A DNA stretch of 32,454 bases, taken from positions 1 through 32,454 of IMG/VR virus record IMGVR_UViG_3300012953_000109; one strand, written 5' to 3'. Source of the stretch: a virus. Its lineage: Duplodnaviria; Caudoviricetes. The notes beneath the pieces were generated by a model. It was not told the origin of the DNA, searched no databases, and saw only the letters and a list, made by a program, of their open reading frames with translations. The translations under genes and the position numbers were made by a program. Each line of letters begins with the position of its first letter. The first letter of the stretch is position 1. Shown here in pieces: positions 1 to 9,694 of the stretch.

Positions 1-2
1 TA

Positions 3-1208
3 GAGTTTGCCAATAAAAATACTGTTATAAACAGTCAGGCAATAAATATTAATGCTGCTGATGCTAGAGATGCAAATAACAACCTTCTTATAAACAGTTC
101 CGGTGCTTCACCAACAGACCCAACACTAGTTCAAGGGCAGTACAATACATTGTTAAATACTAATGAATTTGCACTAGGTGCAGTAGGTTCACTAGAGGGA
201 AGTTACAACTTCGTTGTTGGAACAACTAGTGGTGCTATAACCGGTGTGAACTCAGGCAACAATGTAATCCTTGGCTCATTAGCGACTACTATGGTAGCAG
301 CTAATGACCAACCTATGAGGGGCAATGTTGTTGTTAATGGTTCTAGTATCTCTTTTAATAATAATTTAGCTACCACAGACAGTAACAACACTAGAAATAA
401 TTATGTGCTAGGTTGTTCAAATATGGAGATAACAGATTCAGGGCGTAACTTTATTTTTGCAAATGAATTTTCAGGCACAACTTCATTTCAGTTCAATAAT
501 TTCAACTTTCTGTTTGGGATTACGAGTTATAATGGAGCTCAACAGTCAAGTATTTCAACCGGCTCCGACTATAACTTCTTATTTAATGCTGATGATGTTA
601 CATTAACCGGTTCTAACAATGTCGTGTTTGGGCAGATGAATGCCACAATTACCGGAGACAAACATACGATATTAAATTCATCAGGAACTGTTGGAGGAAC
701 AAGCAATGTTCTTTTAAGCGGTAGTCAACACACCGTTTCAGGAAACAATAATGTTCTGAGTGGTAATAGCCTTCAAACAGCAAATGGTACAAACAGAAGT
801 TTGAATATAGGTAACACTAATGTTATAGGTGTGTCGGGAGCAGCTAACAATAGTGCAGCTATAGGTAATAACATTAACATTAGCTCCGGTGCTAACAATG
901 CTGCTTTTGGTACTAATATAACTGTAACAAATTCAGTAAACTCTTTTACTGTAGGAAAAAACAATAATGACTCAGTAGTTAATAATCAAGGTAATCCATG
1001 TTTTCAAGTAGGTGTTGGTAGTTCGTCAGGTAACAGAAGAAATGCCTTAAACATTATCAATACATCGGGTCCTCTACATGGAGTGATTTACATGGACCAA
1101 TTGGTCAATCAAAACTACGCAAATGACGCAGATGCAGCAGCAGCAGGAATTGGATTAGGAGGGTTATATCATACTAACGGAGTAGTAAAAATAAACCTTC
1201 TGCCGTAA
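3..1208 (+). CDS. Tail fibre/spike-like protein with beta-helix or YadA-head-like repeats (5'-truncated by the window edge)
   Basis: The frame is open from position 3 (EFANKNTVINSQ...), so the TTG at 150 is not the true start. N/G/S/T-rich short repeats (GSNNVVFG, GTSNVLLSG, GNNNVLSG, NSAAIGNN, NNAAFGTN, NSFTVGKNN), a FQVGVG...RRNA motif and a C-terminal NYANDADAAAAGIGLGGLYHTNGVVKI cap of the type seen in Bacteroidota fibre/adhesin proteins. Confidence 0.65.
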   Translation, partial: EFANKNTVINSQAININAADARDANNNLLINSSGASPTDPTLVQGQYNTLLNTNEFALGAVGSLEGSYNFVVGTTSGAITGVNSGNNVILGSLATTMVAANDQPMRGNVVVNGSSISFNNNLATTDSNNTRNNYVLGCSNMEITDSGRNFIFANEFSGTTSFQFNNFNFLFGITSYNGAQQSSISTGSDYNFLFNADDVTLTGSNNVVFGQMNATITGDKHTILNSSGTVGGTSNVLLSGSQHTVSGNNNVLSGNSLQTANGTNRSLNIGNTNVIGVSGAANNSAAIGNNINISSGANNAAFGTNITVTNSVNSFTVGKNNNDSVVNNQGNPCFQVGVGSSSGNRRNALNIINTSGPLHGVIYMDQLVNQNYANDADAAAAGIGLGGLYHTNGVVKINLLP

Positions 1209-1224
1209 TTTAATATTAAATTAA

Positions 1225-1455
1225 ATGGACATTAGAAAAATCTCAGTAGGTCCTGATTATAAATCAGGAGGTATGCACTATATAGTAGGGCAATCTGTTC
1301 TAAACGGTGGGTATCAAATTCATTTAATTAAATACAACCAAGAAGAAGACGCATATCAGATTTATATATTAGACACAAGCGAAGGTGAAGTTTTGTTGTG
1401 GAAGCAGTTTAATTCTACTATGCCGGTTACTCTTGAGTTTAATATAAACTTTTAA
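1225..1455 (+). CDS. Hypothetical phage protein (76 aa)
   Basis: ATG after an A/T-rich leader; its stop overlaps the next start (TAATG). Confidence 0.8.
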   Translation: MDIRKISVGPDYKSGGMHYIVGQSVLNGGYQIHLIKYNQEEDAYQIYILDTSEGEVLLWKQFNSTMPVTLEFNINF

Positions 1456-2030
1456 TGCAGTCACCCACGCAATTTATTGTCAAACCCAAAGACGACACTC
1501 GCTATAACAATACAAAAAAAATAGAAGGGTTAGATTTAATTTTAGACACTTCTGAAGAATCTGTATCTTTTTCAAACAGACAGGCTATAGTAATTGAAAC
1601 TCCAATTATGTATAATGGTCCTATTGAGAAGGGTGATTCTCTTTTAGTACACCACAATGTTTTTAAGTTTTATAATGATATGTATGGTAGAAGGCAAAGT
1701 GGAAAAAGTTATTTCAAAGACAACACTTTTTTTGTAGACCAAACTCAGTATTATATGTATTACAAAAATAATAAGTGGAATGCAATTGAACCTTTTTGTT
1801 TTGTATCACCGCTACCTGCGACAGAAACTTATATATATAAACCATTTTCATATGAGCCGTTGATGGGTGTAATGGAGTACCCTACCGATTCTATAACTAA
1901 ACATGGAATAAAAAAAGGAGATATTGTTACCTTTATGCCTGACTCTGAATATGAGTTTAAATTAGAAAACAATAAATTATATAGAATAAGAACATCAAAT
2001 ATAATTGCATATGAATCTCAAAGAAACTAA
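1455..2030 (+). CDS. GroES-like co-chaperonin with two tandem GroES-like domains
   Basis: The C-half IKKGDIVTF...EYEFKLENNKLYRIRTSNII resembles the GroES pattern vKvGDxVlf...evkidgeeylimresDIl. The N-half has a parallel FIVKP...AIVIETP...IEKGDSLLVHH pattern. Located just upstream of the head genes. Confidence 0.6.
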   Translation: MQSPTQFIVKPKDDTRYNNTKKIEGLDLILDTSEESVSFSNRQAIVIETPIMYNGPIEKGDSLLVHHNVFKFYNDMYGRRQSGKSYFKDNTFFVDQTQYYMYYKNNKWNAIEPFCFVSPLPATETYIYKPFSYEPLMGVMEYPTDSITKHGIKKGDIVTFMPDSEYEFKLENNKLYRIRTSNIIAYESQRN

Positions 2031-2283
2031 ACTTAAGATAATAAACGCAGGATACAGGGCTGTAGAGCAACTAATCAAAGTTGCTAAAGAAGATATAATA
2101 AAACCTGACCCTGATGATGAGTTGGCTGCCGATAGATTGAAGAATGCAGCAGCCACTAAAAAGCTTTGCATCATGGATGCTTTTGAGATATTAAACAAAA
2201 TAGAAACAGAAAAAGAAGCATTAGAACTTGTAAACGAACCTACTCGTTCTAAGCAAGGATTCGCAGAAAGAAACTCTAAATGA
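2011..2283 (+). CDS. Small helical protein, candidate terminase small subunit
   Basis: ATG at 2011 preferred over TTG at 2005. Lies immediately upstream of the large terminase and overlaps it (ATGA). Function is inferred from position only. Confidence 0.45.
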   Translation: MNLKETKLKIINAGYRAVEQLIKVAKEDIIKPDPDDELAADRLKNAAATKKLCIMDAFEILNKIETEKEALELVNEPTRSKQGFAERNSK

Positions 2284-4502
2284 TAAAAGAATTAAAAGAC
2301 TATATACCCAAGTCAGTTCTTGTAAATAAAAACAGGGCTAGAACTTGGTTGTATGGTTATAATTTAAAATATGATTTGGTTATTATTTCAAAAACAGGTC
2401 AGATAGGAAAAGTTATTGAAATATCCAACGTAAGAATTGGACTGCCTAAAGCCCCAAAAGAAATATATAAAAGACATGAAAAAAAATATGAGCAGTATTG
2501 GGAAAGAAGAGAAACACCAAAACAATTAGATAAAATTCGTTCTATATTTCAATGGAATGAAATGCCAAGGGATTTTAAAAACCGTTGGGTTGACTATATA
2601 GAAAAGGAATTTGAATATCGTGAGGAAGGCTATTGGTTTTATAGTAATGGAAAACCAACTTATATTACAGGTTCTCATTATATGTATTTACAATGGACCA
2701 AGATAGATGTAGGGTATCCTGATTTTAGAGAAGCCAACAGAGCTTTGTATTTGTTTTGGGAGGCGTGTAAGGCTGATTCAAGAAGTTATGGAATGATATA
2801 TCTTAAAATTAGAAGGTCAGGTTTTTCATATATGAGTTCTTCTGAATGTGTTAACAAAGCCACGATATCAAAAGATTCACGAATAGGTATACTTTCTAAA
2901 ACAGGAGCAGATGCAAAAAAAATGTTTACAGACAAAGTGGTTCCTATATCAAACAGTCTTCCGTTCTTTTTCAAACCAATTCAGGATGGAATGGACAAAC
3001 CCAAATCTGAACTAGCATATAGAGTTCCTGCCTCAAAGATTACTAAGAAAAATATGCACGAGGTTTTTGAGGACGATTTAGAAGGTTTGGATACCACGAT
3101 TGATTGGAAAAATACTGACGACAACTCTTATGATGGAGAAAAACTTTTATTGTTAGTTCATGATGAAAGTGGTAAATGGATAAAACCCAATAACATTCTA
3201 AATAATTGGGGCGTTACAAAAACCTGTTTAAGATTGGGTAGTAAGATAATTGGGAAATGCATGATGGGTTCCACTTCTAATTCATTAGAAAAGGGTGGAG
3301 ATAATTTTAAAAAACTTTTTGAAAGCTCAGATGTTCTGAACAGAAATGCGAATGGTCAAACTAAAAGTGGATTGTATTCTTTGTTTATACCTATGGAGTG
3401 GAACATGGAAGGCTTTATAGATAGATATGGGCAACCTGTATTAGAAAAACCTAAGGTTGAGCTTCAAGGAGTGGATGGTGACTATATATATACAAGCAGT
3501 ATTGATTATTGGAAAGCTGAGGTTGATTCCTTAAAGAATGACGCTGACGCTTTGAATGAGTTCTATAGACAATTTCCTAGAACGGAAGCTCATGCTTTTA
3601 GGGATGAAAGTAAATCTTCAATATTTAATTTAAGTAAGATATATCAACAAATAGATTTTAATGACTCTGTTATAAGAGAGCATAACATTACACAAGGTAA
3701 ATTTATTTGGCAAGACGGTATTAAAGACACAAAGGTTATTTGGGTTCCCACAAAAAAAGGAAGGTTTCATATATCTTGGTTACCTGCTGTACATATTCAA
3801 AATAATTTTAATGAAAGAAACGGGCTCAAATATCCCGGGAATGAACATCTAGGTGTATTCGGTTGTGACTCTTATGATATTAGTGGGGTTGTGGGTGGAG
3901 GAGGTTCCAATGGTGCTTTGCACGGTTTGACTAAATTTTCAATGGACGATGCCCCAAGTAATGAATTTTTTTTAGAATACATTGCGAGACCTCAAACTGC
4001 AGAGTTGTTTTTTGAAGATGTTTTAATGGCTTGTGTTTTTTACGGTATGCCAATACTTATAGAAAACAATAAGCCAAGGTTATTATATCATTTTAAAAAT
4101 AGAGGGTATAGGAGATTTTGTTTAAACAGACCGGACAAACATTCAACAAAACTTTCAAGGTCCGAAAAAGAATTAGGCGGTATACCCAACACAAGCGAAG
4201 AAGTAAAACAAGCTCATGCCGCAGCTATCGAATCTTATATAGAAAAATATATAGGATTAGATACAGAAGAAGTGTTTAGACCTAGTGATGAAATGGGGAC
4301 GATGCCTTTTAATCGTACTCTTTTGGATTGGGCTAAATTTGATATTAACAATAGAACCCGTTACGATGCTTCAATAAGCTCAGGTTTAGCCTTAATGGCT
4401 AATCAAAAACATCTGTATACTCCTGTAAAAAAAGAGTCAAAAATAAAGATTAACTTTGCAAGGTATACAAACACGGGAACAAAAAGCGAATTAATTAGAT
4501 GA
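2280..4502 (+). CDS. terL: Terminase large subunit
   Basis: Walker A variant KIRRSGFS, Walker B LLVHDESGKW, motif III GSTSN, RNase H-like nuclease motifs FGCDSYD, LIENNK and YDASISSGLALMA. 740 aa, as in crAss-like TerL. Confidence 0.93.
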   Translation: MIKELKDYIPKSVLVNKNRARTWLYGYNLKYDLVIISKTGQIGKVIEISNVRIGLPKAPKEIYKRHEKKYEQYWERRETPKQLDKIRSIFQWNEMPRDFKNRWVDYIEKEFEYREEGYWFYSNGKPTYITGSHYMYLQWTKIDVGYPDFREANRALYLFWEACKADSRSYGMIYLKIRRSGFSYMSSSECVNKATISKDSRIGILSKTGADAKKMFTDKVVPISNSLPFFFKPIQDGMDKPKSELAYRVPASKITKKNMHEVFEDDLEGLDTTIDWKNTDDNSYDGEKLLLLVHDESGKWIKPNNILNNWGVTKTCLRLGSKIIGKCMMGSTSNSLEKGGDNFKKLFESSDVLNRNANGQTKSGLYSLFIPMEWNMEGFIDRYGQPVLEKPKVELQGVDGDYIYTSSIDYWKAEVDSLKNDADALNEFYRQFPRTEAHAFRDESKSSIFNLSKIYQQIDFNDSVIREHNITQGKFIWQDGIKDTKVIWVPTKKGRFHISWLPAVHIQNNFNERNGLKYPGNEHLGVFGCDSYDISGVVGGGGSNGALHGLTKFSMDDAPSNEFFLEYIARPQTAELFFEDVLMACVFYGMPILIENNKPRLLYHFKNRGYRRFCLNRPDKHSTKLSRSEKELGGIPNTSEEVKQAHAAAIESYIEKYIGLDTEEVFRPSDEMGTMPFNRTLLDWAKFDINNRTRYDASISSGLALMANQKHLYTPVKKESKIKINFARYTNTGTKSELIR

Positions 4503-6934
4503 AGGATGTAAAAATAGACATTAAGTCTGCAGCTTTTCCTGACCAATTTGTTTCAGACGCAGATAAGGCTACAGACGAATATGGATTAAAAATAGGACAA
4601 GCTATACAATACGAATGGTTTCGTAGAGATGGAATGAGCTGTAGGTTTTACGACCAATTTAGACAGTTCCATAAATTGCGATTATACGCAAGGGGAGAAC
4701 AATCAATTAGAAAATATAAGGATGAACTTGCTATAGATGGTGATTTGTCGTATTTAAATCTTGATTGGACACCGGTTCCTATAATACCAAAATTTGTAGA
4801 TATAGTAGTAAACGGAATGTCTGATAGACTATTTAAGGTTAGTGCTTATGCACAGGATGCTATGTCACAATCTAAGAGAAGTAAATATCAAGACATGGTA
4901 GAAGCCCAAATGGTTTCTAAAGAATTTTTGAATAAGATAAAAGAAAAGTCTTCGCTTGACCCATTTACAGTTTCACCTGAAGAACTGCCTAATAGCGATG
5001 AAGAGTTATCTCTTTATATGCAGCTTAACTACAAACCATCTATAGAGATTGCTGAGGAGGAAGCTATAAATACAATATTTGAAGAAAATCATTATGTAGA
5101 TTTAAGAAAAAGACTTGATTATGATTTAACCGTACTAGGTATAAGTGTGGCAAAGCATGAGTTTTTACCGGGTTCGGGAGTGCAAGTAAGTTATGTAGAC
5201 CCTGCTAATGTTGTTTATAGCTACACAGAGGACCCTCATTTTAAAGATTGTTTTTATTGGGGAGAAGTTAAAACACTACCAATGACAGAGCTTTTGAAGA
5301 TAGACCCAAGTTTAACAAACGAGCAATTAGAAGAGATTAGTAAATACAGTCAAAATTGGTATGATTACTATAATGTCGCACAGTATTATGAGAATGATAT
5401 GTTTTATAGAGATACCTGCACTTTATTGTATTTTAATTATAAATCTACAAACAAGATTGTATATAAGAAAAAAATAATGGAAACCGGAGGAAGCAAGGTT
5501 ATTGAGAAGGATGACCAATTTAATCCACCGGAAACCGTAATGGAAGAAGGAAGGTTCGAAAAAATAGAAAAAACTATTGATGTTTGGTATGATGGAGTTA
5601 TGGTTATGGGGACAAATATTCTTTTAAAATGGGAGTTAGCTCATAACATGGTCAGACCAAAATCTGCAAGTCAACACGCTATACCTAATTATGTTGCTGT
5701 AGCACCTAGAATGTATAAGGGTGTTGTGGAATCTCTTGTAAGAAGAATGATACCTTTTGCTGATTTAATTCAAATAACTCACTTGAAGCTTCAGCAGGTT
5801 ATTGCTCGAGTAGTACCCGATGGGGTGTTTATAGATGCTGATGGATTGAACGAAGTAGACCTAGGCACGGGCAATGCTTATAATCCTGAAGATGCTTTGC
5901 GTTTGTATTTTCAAACAGGTAGTGTTATCGGGAGGAGTTACACACAGGACGGGGACTTTAATCAAGCAAGGGTTCCTATAAAAGAAATAAATACTAACTC
6001 AGGTGCAAGTAAAACACAAATGCTTATTGCCAATTACAATCATTATTTAAACATGATAAGAACGGTGACAGGATTAAACGAAGCTAGAGATGGTAGTACG
6101 CCTGACCCTAATTCTTTGGTTGGCTTACAAAAACTTGCAGCCTTAAATTCTAATGTAGCAACAAGACACATACTTGATGGTGCTTTGTATATATATAGAA
6201 CTTTATCAGAGGCTTTAACTTACAGAGTTGCTGACATATTAGAGTATTCAGATTTCAAAGATGACTTTGTAAATAAAATAGGTAAATTCAATGTCAGTAT
6301 ATTAAATGATATACAAGATTTATATATATATGATTTTGGAATCTTTATAGATGTAGCTCCTGATGAAGAGCAAAAAGCAAAACTTGAAGCCAATATACAG
6401 ATGGCTTTATCAAAGAATGATATAAACTTAGAAGATGCAATTGATATTAGGGAGCTTAAAAATATAAAACTTGCTAATCAACTTTTGAAACTTAAAAGAA
6501 AACAGAAGCAAGAAAAGGAAAATGAGATGGAGATGCAAAAGCAACAGCAACAAGCTCAAATTAATATGCAGTCTCAACAAATGGCAGCACAAGCGGCAAT
6601 GCAGAAAATGCAACTAGAAGGTCAACAAAAGATGCAAATTAAACAAGCTGAGATAGCTTTTGAAATTGAAAAAATGAAAAACGAAGCTCAATTAAAATCT
6701 CAATTGATGGCAGAGGAGTTTCAGTACAACCAACAGCTTAGAAATATCTCAGAGACCGCTTTACAACAAAGAGAGTCTGAAAGAGAAAAAGCTAAGAGTC
6801 AAAGAATATCACAACAAAATTCAGAGCAATCACAACTTATAAATCAAAGGAAAAATAATCTTCCTGCTCAGAGGTTTGAATCAAATGAAGATAGTTTAGA
6901 TGGTTTTGATTTAGCTGAATTTGACCCAAGATAG
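4499..6934 (+). CDS. Portal protein
   Basis: 811 aa directly after terL (ATGA overlap). PIIPKFVDIVVNGM N-terminal motif, TGLNEARDG motif and a long Q/E/K-rich coiled-coil C-terminus typical of podovirus/crAss-like portals. Confidence 0.88.
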   Translation: MKDVKIDIKSAAFPDQFVSDADKATDEYGLKIGQAIQYEWFRRDGMSCRFYDQFRQFHKLRLYARGEQSIRKYKDELAIDGDLSYLNLDWTPVPIIPKFVDIVVNGMSDRLFKVSAYAQDAMSQSKRSKYQDMVEAQMVSKEFLNKIKEKSSLDPFTVSPEELPNSDEELSLYMQLNYKPSIEIAEEEAINTIFEENHYVDLRKRLDYDLTVLGISVAKHEFLPGSGVQVSYVDPANVVYSYTEDPHFKDCFYWGEVKTLPMTELLKIDPSLTNEQLEEISKYSQNWYDYYNVAQYYENDMFYRDTCTLLYFNYKSTNKIVYKKKIMETGGSKVIEKDDQFNPPETVMEEGRFEKIEKTIDVWYDGVMVMGTNILLKWELAHNMVRPKSASQHAIPNYVAVAPRMYKGVVESLVRRMIPFADLIQITHLKLQQVIARVVPDGVFIDADGLNEVDLGTGNAYNPEDALRLYFQTGSVIGRSYTQDGDFNQARVPIKEINTNSGASKTQMLIANYNHYLNMIRTVTGLNEARDGSTPDPNSLVGLQKLAALNSNVATRHILDGALYIYRTLSEALTYRVADILEYSDFKDDFVNKIGKFNVSILNDIQDLYIYDFGIFIDVAPDEEQKAKLEANIQMALSKNDINLEDAIDIRELKNIKLANQLLKLKRKQKQEKENEMEMQKQQQQAQINMQSQQMAAQAAMQKMQLEGQQKMQIKQAEIAFEIEKMKNEAQLKSQLMAEEFQYNQQLRNISETALQQRESEREKAKSQRISQQNSEQSQLINQRKNNLPAQRFESNEDSLDGFDLAEFDPR

Positions 6935-6961
6935 CTGAAAAAAATACATAAAAATATTTAT

Positions 6962-6969
6962 TAACTTTG
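6962..6969 (+). promoter_or_regulatory. Bacteroidota-type -7 promoter box (TAACTTTG)
   Basis: Matches TAnnTTTG in the intergenic gap, ending 17 nt before the ATG at 6986. No clear -33 element. Confidence 0.65.
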
Positions 6970-6985
6970 TTTAAAATTTAATTCA

Positions 6986-8131
6986 ATGGATATAAAAGTA
7001 AAAGACATTGGGGTAAAGGATGAAAAGTCTTTATCTCAAAAAGAAGAGGAAGTAATTAATAAAGCTTCTGAAGATGTTAAAGAAACAAGTGCTCCCGTGG
7101 AGCAAGTGGATACAAGCAATGAGAGTACCACCCCCACACAAGAGCAAGAAAGTGTACAGCCGGAAAGCGAAACACAAGAAGATATAACTCAGTCCTCAGA
7201 GTTAAAAGAGGAAGATGTTCTTAAGTATATTAAGAATACTTATGACAAAGATGTCAGTTCAGTAAATGATTTGTTTACTGAAAAAGAGAAGCCACAGGAA
7301 CTACCTGAAGATGTCTCAGCATTTTTGGAATACAAGAAAAAAACAGGTCGTGGATTTGAAGACTATGTTAAATTAAACAGAAACTTCAAAGACATGGATG
7401 AAACGCAGCTTCTGCGAGAATATTATCAAGCAACTGAAGAGGATTTAGACGCTGAAGATATTCAATACATGATGGAAGATTTTGCTTACGATAGTGAAGT
7501 AGATGAAGACAATGTGGTTAAGAAAAAGAAGTTAGCGTTTAAAAAAGAGATTGGTAAAGCTCGTAAGTTTTTTGAAGAGCAAAAGGAAATGTATAAGGAG
7601 CCCCTTGAGTCAAGTACGGCAACTATTTCCAAAGAGCAAGAAGAACAACTTGCAGCTTATGACCAATATGTTAAGGATGCTCAAACCTATGAAGAAGAAA
7701 TAAAGAGAAGACGAAATTGGTTTTTAAAAAAAACTGACGAGGTTTTCGACACAGAGTTCAAAGGTTTTGACTTTAAAGTTGGAGAAGACAAAGTAATAAC
7801 TTTTCTACCTTCTAAGGATGTTGAAGGAATTAAAAAGGTAAACTCAGGAGCCAATGCATTAGCAGAGGTTTATTTAGATAGTGAAACCGGGTTAATTAAA
7901 GATGCATCAGGATACCATAGGGCAATATCCGTAGCAAGAAATCCTGAAAGATTTGCTAAGTTCTTTTATGAACAAGGTAAGTCTGACGCAACAGAGGATG
8001 TGACTAAGAAAATAAAAAATGTCAATATGACAACACGGTCAACTCCTCAGGTTGTAAAGAAGGATGGAATGACTATACGAGCAATCAACCCAAGTGAGGG
8101 TAGAGGGCTCAAAATTAGAAGTAAAAAGTAA
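6986..8131 (+). CDS. Putative capsid scaffolding/assembly protein
   Basis: Very acidic disordered N-terminus and helical E/K-rich body; sits between portal and MCP. Confidence 0.65.
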   Translation: MDIKVKDIGVKDEKSLSQKEEEVINKASEDVKETSAPVEQVDTSNESTTPTQEQESVQPESETQEDITQSSELKEEDVLKYIKNTYDKDVSSVNDLFTEKEKPQELPEDVSAFLEYKKKTGRGFEDYVKLNRNFKDMDETQLLREYYQATEEDLDAEDIQYMMEDFAYDSEVDEDNVVKKKKLAFKKEIGKARKFFEEQKEMYKEPLESSTATISKEQEEQLAAYDQYVKDAQTYEEEIKRRRNWFLKKTDEVFDTEFKGFDFKVGEDKVITFLPSKDVEGIKKVNSGANALAEVYLDSETGLIKDASGYHRAISVARNPERFAKFFYEQGKSDATEDVTKKIKNVNMTTRSTPQVVKKDGMTIRAINPSEGRGLKIRSKK

Positions 8132-8157
8132 ATTAATAATTTTTAAAATATAAAAAA

Positions 8158-9624
8158 ATGGCAGGAAATTTTGCAGCAAGTCCAACATTCTCGTTGCAGC
8201 CATCGGCTCAACAAGTTCCGTTGTCGACTAATTATATTACCAACTTTGATTTCTTGAATCAGTATCTTCCTGATACATATGAAAAAGAATTTGAAAGATA
8301 TGGTAACAGAACACTTTCATCATTTATTAAAATGGTGGGTGCAGAAATGCCTTCTAACTCTGACCTTATCAAATGGGCAGAACAAGGAAGGTTACACATC
8401 AAATATACCAATGTTACATCCGCAGCAGCCGCAGGTTCTGCAACAGCTACTTTAACAGTTGTTGACTCAGCTATCGGTGATAACCCCGCAGGAACAGTAA
8501 TTACAGGTGCAAACCCATACAACGCTGACGCAGCTATTGCAGTCAGAGTGGGTCAAACAGTTGTAGTATCTGACAATGCAGGTGGCGGTGAAAACAAAGC
8601 AGTTGTTACAAGCGTCTCTACAGGAGCCGGTGGTAACGGTGTTGATTTTGATGTCGCATATTATGAATCAGCAGGTCAAGTATCTGCAGGTCCATTCACC
8701 GTATTTATTTACGGTTCAGAATTTGAAAAGGGAACAGCAGGTATGCAGGGCTCTTTACAATCAGATGACTACATCTTTGAAAACAACCCAATCATCCTAA
8801 AGGACACTTACTTAGTGAACGGTTCTGATATGGCTCAAATTGGTTGGATTGAAATTTCAACAGAAGACGGAGGTTCAGGATATTTATGGTATCTAAAATC
8901 AGAACATGAAACAAGGTTAAGATTTGATGACTACCTAGAAACATCCATGATAGAAGCAGTACCGGCAGAAAATCCTGCAGGTGGTCCTCAATCAGGAGCT
9001 TCTGCAGCAGGGCTTATTGGTTCTGAAGGTGTATTCCATGCAGTTGGAACAAGAGGTAACTTATGGTCGGGAGGTAATCCTGATGCATTAGCTGACTTCG
9101 ATTCAGTCATTGATAGATTAGACAAGCAAGGTGCAATAGAGGAAAATGTAATTTTCTTAAACAGACAATTCGGTTTCGATATTGACGATATGTTAGCAGC
9201 TCAAAACTCTTACGGAGCAGGTGGTACATCTTATGGACTATTTGACAACGATGAAGAGATGGCGTTAAATTTAGGTTTCACAGGATTCCGTAGAGGTTAT
9301 GACTTCTACAAGTCTGATTGGAAATACCTAAATGACCCTACTATGAGAGGCGGCATTTCAGGCACAGGTGCAATTAATGGTTTATTAGTACCGGCAGGTT
9401 CTACAAGTGTTTATGACCAAGTTCTTGGTAAAAACGCTAAGAGACCTTACCTTCATGTAAGATATCGAGCTTCAGAAACTGAAGATAGAAGATATAAGAC
9501 ATGGATTACAGGGTCAGCAGGTGGAGCAGCTACTACAGACATTGATGAAATGAAGGTTAACTTCCTTTCTGAAAGATGTGTTTGTGTAATGGGTGCGAAC
9601 AACTTTGTATTATTCGAAGACTAA
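8158..9624 (+). CDS. Major capsid protein
   Basis: 488 aa; IKWAEQGRLH, FIYGSEFEKG, NNPIILKDTYLVNGSD and a terminal FLSERCVCVMGANNF motif. Position after the scaffold, followed by a strong terminator. Confidence 0.88.
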   Translation: MAGNFAASPTFSLQPSAQQVPLSTNYITNFDFLNQYLPDTYEKEFERYGNRTLSSFIKMVGAEMPSNSDLIKWAEQGRLHIKYTNVTSAAAAGSATATLTVVDSAIGDNPAGTVITGANPYNADAAIAVRVGQTVVVSDNAGGGENKAVVTSVSTGAGGNGVDFDVAYYESAGQVSAGPFTVFIYGSEFEKGTAGMQGSLQSDDYIFENNPIILKDTYLVNGSDMAQIGWIEISTEDGGSGYLWYLKSEHETRLRFDDYLETSMIEAVPAENPAGGPQSGASAAGLIGSEGVFHAVGTRGNLWSGGNPDALADFDSVIDRLDKQGAIEENVIFLNRQFGFDIDDMLAAQNSYGAGGTSYGLFDNDEEMALNLGFTGFRRGYDFYKSDWKYLNDPTMRGGISGTGAINGLLVPAGSTSVYDQVLGKNAKRPYLHVRYRASETEDRRYKTWITGSAGGAATTDIDEMKVNFLSERCVCVMGANNFVLFED

Positions 9625-9638
9625 TACAAACCCTAAAT

Positions 9639-9672
9639 GATACGGGAGCCTACGGGCTCCCTTATCTTTTTT
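9639..9672 (+). terminator. Intrinsic terminator after MCP
   Basis: GATAcGGGAGCC-TACG-GGCTCCCtTATC hairpin with a C(UACG)G tetraloop, followed by TTTTTT. Confidence 0.9.
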
Positions 9673-9694
9673 AATAAAATTTAAATTTAATATA

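Noticed and set aside
4451-4458. TAACTTTG upstream of the portal start
   Set aside because: It lies inside terL coding sequence (INFA) and may be dictated by the protein. It could be an internal promoter, but the sequence alone does not support calling it.
6490-6860. CAA/CAG-rich repetitive stretch
   Set aside because: Explained by the Q-rich coiled-coil barrel of the portal protein; not a DNA repeat element.
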